DNA of 64,000 bases from positions 13,516,001-13,580,000 of the forward strand of contig CM022673.1 of assembly GCA_012295275.1 (NCBI GenBank), written 5' to 3'. Made by a program: the position numbers and the translations under genes. The DNA comes from Chrysomallon squamiferum (lineage: Eukaryota > Animalia > Mollusca). Below are positions 25,059 to 37,100 of the stretch, piece by piece (the stretch's first letter is position 1; every line of letters starts with the position of its first letter). Below the pieces are notes generated by a model that was not told where the DNA came from, ran no database searches, and worked only from the letters and a program-made list of their open reading frames with translations.

Positions 25059-28000
25059 CTACAGGAAGGAGATCTGTTCGTCAACCATGTCCTCTTCGAC
25101 ATCAGGGATCTTCCACTGACACTTGCGACCAAACTCGTACATTTCTTTAATGGTCGACTGCAGCTTGTCTCCCCCCTCCTCCTTCAGGTCTTTGTACAGT
25201 TTGTACAGCTGCAGAGCTGTTCGGGCATCCTCGACGGAGTCATGGGTGTGAGACTGAATGTTGATTTCTGAAATGAATAAACCACGGTCAAGCAAACTGC
25301 ATCACAAGTAACGTAGTAATGATGCGAACATCTGCAGCAGCAGTGAAACACTTCATCTGTGAATGAAGTCAAACATGAAAATTGAAATAACTTTGTTATC
25401 AGTCTGGAAGATGCTTCATGTGAGAATGATTAAAAAAAACCTTTTTATTTAAAAAGCAGCATGAATTGGAAGTTAGTGGCTACAGTTGTAGTAATAGTAA
25501 TTAACAATTAACAATAAAATAAAAATAAAAATAAAAATAATAGTAAATAACAATAATAATAATATAAAAGTAATAAACATGATAATAACTAATAATAATA
25601 GTAAATAATAATAATAATAATATAATAGTAATTAATAATCATAACAAAAATAATAATAGTAAATGATATTAATAAATCAGTAAATAATAATATCATCTAC
25701 ATATACCTCAGGAAAATAAACAAGAAAAAGAAGGAACAGTGGACACTTACTAAGAAAGTACCAAGCGAGGAACCTGAGTGAAATCATTCTCTGTCGGGGG
25801 AGATGGAACAGTTCCACTGTGTCAATGACCTGAGCCTTGGGAACCTGTGGAAACAAGAAATTTGTCAAAGACAACTGTTCTGTTGTCAGTCACGCATACT
25901 GCAAGGATCATCAGAATTGTGAAACTCATACACACATGGTGGATGAATAAGTAAGAGCACCAATGACCACTTCATTATGAGATGATCCAACAAAATATTT
26001 AATTAATTGTTATTGTTGTTATTAATATTTGTGTTGCTGTTTATTAAATTAATTCATCCCTTTATCATTAGTTTCTACTAAGTATGTTCAGGGACTAAAA
26101 TTTAACATTTGAAATAAAGGACAAACAGAGATATTCTTTTTTAAACAAATTATTTTTTAAAAAAACACATTTCTTTAAGAAGAAACAAAAACAACAACAA
26201 AAAAGAAGGGATACAAATGCATATATCACTAAGCAAAACCCTTTAAAAAAAAAAAAAAAAAAAATAAATAAAAAAAAAAACACCCTCATCCAAATCACTG
26301 AAGAAAAAAAAAAAAAAAAAAAAAAAGCCTTCAAAAAATTAAAATGATTAATTAATACAAAAATGTGTACCAGGATGTTGATAACTCGGAAATCTTTCTT
26401 CAGTCCATGACCAACAAAGCACAAGCCGATGTCCACCATGTATCTCAGTTTCTGATATGTGCACTTCAACGTCGTCAGGTGTTTTGTGGAAACGTTGGGA
26501 TCCAGATCACCTGGCTTGATACCCGAGTACTGCGTCAGGTAGTCAACAACCTAAAATAATAATAAAAATTAATAAAAATTAATAAACAAATATAAACATA
26601 AATAAAAAATAAAATAGGTATGAGATGAATAATGAACATTACTGTTGTATAGAACTAAAAATGTTTAATATTAACAGTAAACAAGCATAGACAAAAACAC
26701 ACTCATTCTCTTGTGCACACACACCTATACCCACACACACACACAAGCATGTTTTATCACTATCACTGTATTTCTCTCCTACTAAGAATGTATTATTTTC
26801 AATATATAGTGGAATGTTACCTGTTCTTGATTTGAAATGTGATCATCAATAAATGGATCTCCTTCTTTGTCTCCTTGTCTGCAAAAAAAAAAAAAAAAAA
26901 AATAAATAAATAAAAAATAAAAAATTATATATATATACATATTTTTAGCATATATTAAAATAGAATGTTTAAAGAAATGTTTAGTTAGTTTTGACAGATT
27001 TGAATAATTATAAAATATAACACATTTACTACTTGAAAAGACGACAGAAAGAGCATTACTAACACCAAAGTTTGTCCAGAATAGTTTATAAACAAAACAG
27101 ATACATTTGTCTTTCACTTTAAGTTAAAAAGAATAATTAATTAAAATAATGTTATGTGTGTTATATATCATGATATTTACCCTCTAAGACAAGTGATCCT
27201 TGCGACGGCCATGTGAGAAGGTTTTATGGTTGAACGTGTTCCATCACTTCTCAGCTCAGACTCCTCCTATAAAAAATGTATATTGTATACATTAACGTAA
27301 TACAACGATGGCTAATCAAAGGCAGATATATATCATTATATGTATATAGGAGCCCAGTGACACAGACTTGGACATCTGGATAACAATACTGTATATGTTT
27401 AAAAAATGTTACGTTATGCAGACATAAATTGATAGATATTAATACAGAAGCACATTAACACAGTCTTTGGCACTATTGATGTTTGAAAAATGTTACATTC
27501 TATAGTGATGGGTAATGAAAATCAGACAAGACATAAACTGATAGATATTAGTACAGAAGCACATTCATATAGACTTAATTCAGGCAAACATGTACAGAAA
27601 ACACTCTCATACTATCTTGCTGACTGTTTGCTATGGTGTCTTTTAGCTCAATGTGTCATTTTCTGACAAAATACACATTTTTACAACATAAAAGGGATTA
27701 AGAAAATAATGTAAATTTTATTGACTCCTATGCAGGACATGACACAGACCTGTTTGAGAGACACGAACTCAGCGTCCAGTCCTACGATGTCTCCTTTCTG
27801 CGGCAGTTCGTCTGGTAAGAGTGGCTGGTACGTGATTTTACGTCTCTTTGGATTGAGTAGACCCCAGTCATTGTAGATAATGTCTGGGTTGATTGGGTTC
27901 TTCACTGGAATTTATATTACCAGTATTAATATCACCGACTGAATTCTTCAGTGGAGTTTGTATTACAAATATTTACATTACAGACTGAATTCTTCACTAG

Positions 28001-28852
28001 AAATGAAGCTTAAAATGTTAAACTGTAATTTTTCACAACTATTAATGTGCAGTATCCTATACACCAGGAAACTAATTAATTACATGTGTTCAGTTCATAT
28101 CTTTCCTTTTTTAATTTTGATAAATCATAATTAAGAAATAAATGAATATTTAGTTAATGGTATCTCAACAAATTCTGCCACCATCAATTACTGTGTTAGT
28201 TTATGTCTTCAAAATTATTTTTATAATGATGTACAACAAAATCGTCTACCAAGCATGAACACTGATGTGAATCTTCTATCAATTGTAACAGTAAATATAT
28301 TTTTACCTGACAAGTCATAAGACTTAGTGAGGTTTCTCCTCATATAGTATACAGCACAGGGAACTTTCCACTCTAAATTGAAATGAACTGCTTCGTACTG
28401 CCAAAAAAAAAATCACAAAAAAAAACCCATTATACATTTTTATATATAGGATAAAGCTGTTATCTCTAGCAGTTATTCCCTACCCACACTCACAGATACA
28501 CCCATACACACACCCACACCCCACCCATATACATTAACACTCACCATACACTCACTTCACAATAAATGTAATGAAACCAACATCACCACATTCACTTAAA
28601 ACGACATCAACAACAACAACTACACACCTTCTCAATGGGAGTGATGGAGAAATCGTTGAAGAGGTACCACTGCGTACATGTGACACGTTCCTTGCGCTGA
28701 TGAAACTCCTCGCCAACGTTGAGGTGGCTGACGAGGTTGCCTGCCCCCTTGTCACGAATGTGAGCCAGCGTCCCATACAACTCATAGTACACTGTGTTCT
28801 CCTCATCCTGCTTTGGCAGTGGCTCCTGTAATAACAACAACAGTCACTGATA

Positions 28853-28910
<58 letters not shown>

Positions 28911-28921
28911 TAATAATAATG

Positions 28922-29001
<80 letters not shown>

Positions 29002-30794
29002 TAATAATAATTAATAATAAAGATAATAATAATAATAATGAAGAATAATGATAAATAACAATTACAACAACATTAATATATGTAATATTGTAATAACATT
29101 AATAATAATAATAGTAACAATAATATTAATATTAATAACTGTAATTAATAATAATAATAATTGTAATCAAAAATAATATTGATAATAATAAATGTAATTA
29201 ATAATAAGCTATATAATGATAAATAACTGTAATTAATAATATTAATAAACATAATAAATTAATAAGAGAATACTGAGATGACGTAAAGACATATTGATTA
29301 TTCTGCTCACTGTAAATTAAGAAGTACAAAACAGATGGAAATTAAACAAAGGCTGTTTTATTTCTTAATAAATACAAAATGGATAAAAATAACCAATTCC
29401 CATTTTAAATTAATTTTTGAAGTAAAAAAAAAAAAGAGTAATTTTTGGCAGTGTTTATTGAGCATTTAGATTAAATACATTTGACAATAAACAAAATTAT
29501 TTATTAAAAAGTCAAACCTCGTCTGATATTTCTGTGATGTCGACAGTTCCGTTAGGAAGTAGTTTTATCTTAAGTCCGAGAGGAAGCCATTTTGGCGAAG
29601 TCTCTTCATCTTCTTGCTGTTCTGCTAGCTCATCCAGTATACTACTGCAAAACCACACACAAAAACACAACTTACTAACTACTAGAAATAACTACAGTGA
29701 ATATACATCTGTGTGTGTATTATAAAAAAAAAACTATAACAAAAACTAAAATAATAAAAACAAATAAAATAAAATAAATAATTCTCTAAATTACATCAAA
29801 ACACTGCTTGAAGCATCACAAACTTTTTATCAAATGAAATGCATTCATCTTAATATTTTGTAATTCACTACAACTCTCTTTCGCTAATAAGAAAAAACAA
29901 AGGAAAGTGGGTTACTCGTGTTCTGGGTCGTGTCTGAACTTGCAGTCTTTTCGTTTACACGAGCTGCCATAGCGACAACTCTTAGCTGCCAGGCGACGCT
30001 GAGCAACAGCAGAAATCTGAACAGTTTCCTCTGTCATCAGCTTCAAAATCTGTAACACAAGCAACAACAATAACAACAACAATAACAACATCAACAATAA
30101 TAATAGCAGTAATAATAATAATAATAATGATAATAGTAGTAGTAGTAGTAGTAGTAATAATAATAATAATACAAAAATTGTAATAAAAGCAAGTGTATAT
30201 AATAGTTTTTGAAATATGCTGAGTGGATCATCATCTCTTATTTCATCAATATTCACAATTCTAATAACCTTAATATTAAATGATTTGAGAAATAATCACT
30301 GACAAATCACTCTGTAATCTAATTAGTATTTCTTAATTACAAATATATTTGACTAAATATGTATTAAGATGTTTTAAAAGTTTTATTTACTTCTTGCTGT
30401 GTTCGCCAGAACTTCAAGTTTGTTTCATTTTCCAGCTGACAGTTAAATCCCAAAACATCGGGAAGATTATTCAAAACCTTCTTTTGAATCTGAAAACATA
30501 TTATTTTATTACTTTATTATTAAAATTTTACTGGTATAAACATATATATCTGTGTGTGTGTGTGTGTGTGTGTGTAAAGAGATAGGTAAATAGAAACATG
30601 TACATATATCATATGAATATATGCATATATCTATGTATGTATGTTTATCTTCTTTCATATAATGATATATGTTATAGACTGTAAGCCATGCTTTAAATAT
30701 ATGACAACAGCAGTTTTAATTTCTGGAATTTGTCTGTATGTAAAAGTTATGTTCTAATTCTTGTTTAAAATGCATATAAGAATAAATAAATATA

Positions 30795-30829
<35 letters not shown>

Positions 30830-33800
30830 ATGTTTTTGTTCATCTATTTAAAGACTAAAAACACAATTCTGTAGAAAACAAATAAAAACAGCCTAACAAA
30901 ATCATCTATGCTTACTTGTTGTTCATACTTGTTACACTGATTACACCAAGCTTTTATAGTGTTTTCAGAGCACAGGCTATGTTCAATGACCTGAGAAAAC
31001 TTGAATGCTGCTGGAGGCTGCATAGGACCTGCAAAATTATTTCCTTAAATTATAATAAATTAATATTAAATTACAATGAATTATAATACATTAAAACAAT
31101 ACATAGGTGAAATAAATTCATCCAAATATTCAGATTTCAATAAATGTATTTGTTTTATGTGTATGTGAGAATTTACCTTGAGGGTAGCAATCCGGGTAGG
31201 TGAGGTTGACGAGGGTCATGTCGATATCTCGCTGTGTTTCCAAGCCACATCTACATCGCAGCACGACGTAAGTACGAATACCAAACAGCTTTGTTACCAT
31301 CGATCTTTCCTCTTTCCTGCAACAAAAATCAGCATCATCATCAACTGAGACACTAAAGTATATTGATTTGTTTTAACTCAATTATTGTATGAAAAAATTA
31401 TTTCTTTCATTATCATGAAATTAACTTTTGACCCATTGTATATATCAATTTATATACTCATTTGATTAATTTACAGATTTTGTAAAATTAAACATGTTTT
31501 TAATTATTATTACTAAATTTTATTGCCTCTAAAAATGATTAAAAAAAGTTAATAATAAAAAAAAATTAAAAATTAAAAAAAAAATTATCAGTCATTTTTA
31601 TTTTCTCTACAAATGTGTAAAAAAAAGGTTATAATAACAAATTAAAACAGCGTTTTCTGTATGAAATATGAAGTGTGATTTTAAAAAATAATTTGTATGT
31701 GAGATCTGAACATGAAACAAGAAAAGGGTATATGCTGATAGAAAAAAGAATTTTCTATAGACATCACAGCAGTAAATATGATAAAAAATAAATAGGAAAC
31801 ACACATTATGATAAAAGTAGGTAAGTAAATAGTGGATATCTGTCTTGTGTCTGTTTATTTATGTGGGCAGGTATATGTATGTGTGTCTGTTGTGTGTATG
31901 TGTCTGTGTGGGCATGTGTATATATTTTTACTGTATATGTATTTTTATTGTGTGTGTGTGTGTGTGCAGGTGTGTGTTGAGATTGTTTACAATTTATAAT
32001 GAATTTATTAACAAACTAGTTTTATAAAACATTAAAAAGAGACAAGTATCTATGAGTTATTAAGATTAAGTTTTCTAGTTAAAGCTGAGCTGTTATTTTA
32101 TTAAGAAGCTGAAAGTCAAAGAATAATCAAAAAAAAAAAAGTCATACTGATATTATAAAGATTTGTTATTTGTTTCTATGATAATACAATACACCTGTTT
32201 TGTGTAACTTTAATTAATGTAAGATTGTACACTTAAATATACTGTTAATAAATCATTTCAAGACCTATCAAAAAAAAAGGATGTTTTTTTTTGTGATTTG
32301 AAAAGCTTCTTAAATCATAATCAGTAGTTAAAAAATTAAAATAAATAAATTATTAAGTATAATTTAAATGCTCAAACACTCTCAGAAATATAGACAGACA
32401 CAATTAACTACAAAATACATATTATACAATCACAAAAATATTTTTAAAATCTGTATCAAAATTTATAACATTCAGTAATAATTTAAACATTTTCAATTTT
32501 GAAAAATTCATTTATATTTATGTCTGAAGTAAATATGAAATAAAACAATATTACAAATTTACAAATATTACAAATATGACTATGCTAATCTTTTAACATT
32601 TTTACAACATTCTAAAAACAACTTTCACTTCATCACAAGTGAAATAATTTTTTTTTTATTATTTTGCAAACAATAATAATTTATTTTTATGTCACTATAA
32701 AAGCTATAACTACAAACACATTTATTATATATCACCTATGAAAATATTTATACATATTACCATTTTAAACAGTTACTAATTATTTTTTTAATATTACCAT
32801 TCTAAACATATTATATATATATATATTTTTTTTTAATCTATCATACTGAAAATATATAATCTTACTTGCTATTGTTAAAAATTAATATAAATCATTTATA
32901 TTTACTTTTTTAATTTTTTTTGTGCTGAACAGTTACTGTATATATTAGTTTTATATTCAGTTATTTTTAACTGTTCTTGTATTTCATATTATGCTAATGA
33001 AATATATATAAACAAGGCTAGTACAGTTGTAACAGTCTGTTATAAAACTGATCTGATTTCTTATTTTAAAAAAAGGAAAAAACAATTTTTTTTTAATAAT
33101 CTATATTTTTAAAGACTAACAATTAAAAAAATATAAAATGAACTTTTATAATTTAAATATTTTAAAGACTAGCAATAACATTTTTTTTTTTAAATTAAGG
33201 AATTTAACTATATAATATCTTCAATATTTAAAAACATATCAATTAAAAAAAGAAAAGATATTTATAATATTTTGAATATCCTAAAGACTACCAATTTAAA
33301 AAGAAATATATAAAGAAAATTAATTTGTGAAATATTCAGAAGGTTTGAGCACTAGGAAAGGTGAAAGGTTTGTTAAAAATACAACACTCCCCGCCTCCAC
33401 ACATGCAAAAATACCTGACAGGCTGAGCCTGCTCATCTTCCACACTTTTTGTACTGGTGAAAAGCAAACAAAAACATTTTAAATGAAGACAATGATCAAA
33501 AAAAAAATAATGATAAAAAATAATGTTATTAAAGAAACTTCACCAAAAAAAAAAAAAAAAAAAAAAAAATAAACTAGTAAAATGTAAGTGATATGATATG
33601 AGTTAATGATTTAAAATTTAAAGGTAAACATTAAGGGCTTTCTCTGTGGCTTGCCAAATATACTGAAAAGAAGATTTAATGAAATTATTTAATGAAAATG
33701 ATTCACAAATAATTTGATGAAGATTCTGGATAGAGCCAGCCCCAAATATCTTATCTAAATAATAAGACCATGAAAATTAAAAAAAAAAAAAAATGATATC

Positions 33801-34097
33801 TGATAATAAATTAAAAAAGAAAATCAATTTAAAAGTAACAAATATATTTAAAATTAAATAATAAACTGATTTCAATTTGAGAGAGAGTTTGTGAAAAGAA
33901 ATTAAAAACATAACATACTTCTCTTCCTCAGTACTTTCTGTCTGTTCCTGATCTTCCTTCCCATCAGATGATTCTTTCTTCTTTCCTTTTTTCTTTTTCT
34001 TCTTTGTCTTGTTTCCAGCTGATTCGTTCTTCTTTTCGCTCGCTGTGTCCGAGTTGCCTTCTTTTATCTCTGGTTCTATTTTCACACATGTCTCCTG

Positions 34098-34135
<38 letters not shown>

Positions 34136-37100
34136 TAAATAAATAAATAAATGAACTAAAATATGTAATATATACTATGTCTGGAAATAACCCAGCTGAC
34201 ACACCCAGGTGTACTGAACCTGCAACCTATGGTGCCACAGCCTTGTAATGTATTATAAATAACAGCCAACTTTCCTTCATGTAGCATTAAGATATTTATT
34301 TATATAAAACATGCAAGATAGTAATTTTGTTTGTCAGTAGCAGCATTTACAATTTACAGTAATAAATAAATAAATAAATAAATAAATATTTGCAATTAGC
34401 ATAACAAAGATATAAAAAAACAAAAAACAAAAATAAAATAAAAACACAGACATTTATTTTAACACTAACTTGAGGGGTACATCATCATTTATCAAATTTA
34501 CTGAAAACTGGAAAATTTGGCAATAATATTTATTTCACAAAATAATATTAACACTACCACTATCACCAACCACTTCACTACACTATCCTTGTGCTTACAT
34601 TAACTCTTACACTGATTACCAATAAAGTCAAATACTTTACAACTGAGCTACATTAATTTTCCACTAAACACTAAACAATGTGAAAATATCTGTAAGAATG
34701 TTTTAATGTCACAGATAAGTAAAGACATTAAAGAGATGTTTCTTTACCGAGTGGACTTGTTGGTGGACAAATCTCTGCCAGCTCTGTATGAGGCGAGACA
34801 AGTTAACCTTCCCAGCAAGCTCCTCGGCCTCGCCCAAACACAGACCCAGAGCAGACGCCTCGGGGATAGTGCGGAACGCACGGAGGAAGTTTGTTGCCTG
34901 AAAATAAATTTTAAATTTAAGATCTAAATTGCAAATTAATGAAGTTCTATTATTTAATAATATACTAGTCAAATACCATATACATACATTAATACATACA
35001 TACATACATACATGTAGACAGACAGACAGCTAGATAGATAAAATGACATAATAATATATTAATCAAAAACCATATACACACATTAATTTATTATTTATAA
35101 ATACCATCAACAAGTGAAAGACTATTAATTTGTGAAATGAAATGATCCAATTTGGTAAAACACCAAAAACTATATATAATGTATTTTACATTTTTATAAA
35201 AGAACAATAATATAGTTTCTTAATTATCAGAATATAAAAGTGTTATGCATTTAATTTGTCATCAGTCATTTGTAAGATTAAAGAACAAAAGACATACTAC
35301 AAAAAAAAAAAAATGATAATTAAATTTATTGTACTTAATACAGATTATAAAACAGAGCACTGCAGTTAGCCTCTACTAATTTTAATACCAAAAAATGACC
35401 TCTGATCTGACCTATTCCACTAATCTGTATTAATATTAATGTTATTAAGTGACCTATGACCTCACCTGACATGTTTGACCTTTCTGGCAGTCGAGCATGT
35501 GAAAGAGAAAGCCGAGTTCGCAGGACAGACAGAACTCTCTCTGACACAGGTGATTCAACAGGTGACATCTCAGTGGCTCAAGGAAATAGAGAGCCTGGAA
35601 GAAAAACTTGTCTTAGATTAACGAAGAAAAGACACACTCTAGTTTCTACAATTTTTAAATCTTCACAGGTAATTAATTACTTATTTAAAACAGAATAAAG
35701 GTCTAAAGACAGAGGATTAACTTAATTAAGACTCTTCTTTTAATGATAAATATGACACTTGTGACAATGGCAGCCAGAATTTTTTTTGGTTTAAATGATT
35801 ATATTATAATTTGAGTTATAATAAAGAAATGCAATTATTAAAATGTCATTAAAACAGACATAAACCTTTTTATTTTTCTGTTTGTAAAATTTTTGATTCT
35901 TTGTATATTCTGCCATAATGTTTTAAACAAGTTTAATGTAAAGCTGCAGTCAAGCTTTCACATTTTTAATTTAAATAGTTGTTTGCAGATAAAAACATCT
36001 CACTGATTAAAACAAAATATTAATCAAAATTAAAATTAGACCTATTGTACTTGTAAAAAGGTAAATAATAATAATAATAAAACCAATATATTATTAATTA
36101 TAAAAAAAAAGTACCAAATAATAACTAAAAAAAACTAAAAAAAACCTAAAAAAACTTTTAATAATAATTAAGAAATCAAAAATACAAAAATAATAAAAAA
36201 TACTGAATAATAATAATTAAGAAAAACAAAAACAATTAATAATTATTAAGAAAAAATAAAATAAATAAAATAACAGATTATAATAATTAAATGCTACATA
36301 TCACTAAAACAAACCTGCAGTGCTGCATTGCAGTAAGCGTTAGGAATATTTGTTTCCAAGCCTGCGAAGTTTGTCTTGTTGTAGTGACGAAAATCAAAAT
36401 CTTCTAAACCTAGCTTTGAATACTTCATTTCCACCTTCTGATACTTCTTAGGAATTGACTGAAATGGATCCTCACCTGAAAGATAATATTATTACATACA
36501 TATTATAGTAATTTTATGCATGTGTTTGTGTTTGTTTTCTATATGTATTTAGTTTTTAAAGTCATACAGTATTATAATTTGATTCGTCTTCTTAATACAA
36601 TAGTCTAATGTTAATTTCTGTGTGTGTGTGTCTATAATTGAAATTTTTTACCCCCACTAGCCTATACCTGTTAAAGAAAAAATTACCAAAAACAAAAAAC
36701 AGAAAAGAAGACAATTTTAAATCAATTTAAAATATCCACGCCAACATTATAATTATATATCTAGCAAAAACAAATATTTAAATCTTTATCAAATTAGCAT
36801 AATAATTTTGTTTTCTTCTTCAAACAAAATTTAGTATTTTTTACACAAACAGATAAAACTGATCAACTAGAATAATAGAATGGAAAATAAAAACAATTAT
36901 ACATATTCATATTTTAATTGATCTGTTTCTGACTTCTGATCCTCACCTCGACCAAGTGGAGATTCGGGAACACTGGGTTTCCTCGTCTGCGAAGCGGAGC
37001 CTTCTTTGGGCAGCTTGTATGCGATTTGATTTCTCAGTCCTTTCCCAGGATTGGGCACGTAGCCGATGTTCTGATAGACTTTCATCGACTGCAACAGCTG

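Noticed and set aside
28813-29001. Poly-Asn ORF, and the similar poly-Leu, ER/SL and HT ORFs elsewhere
   Set aside because: These are translations of microsatellites.
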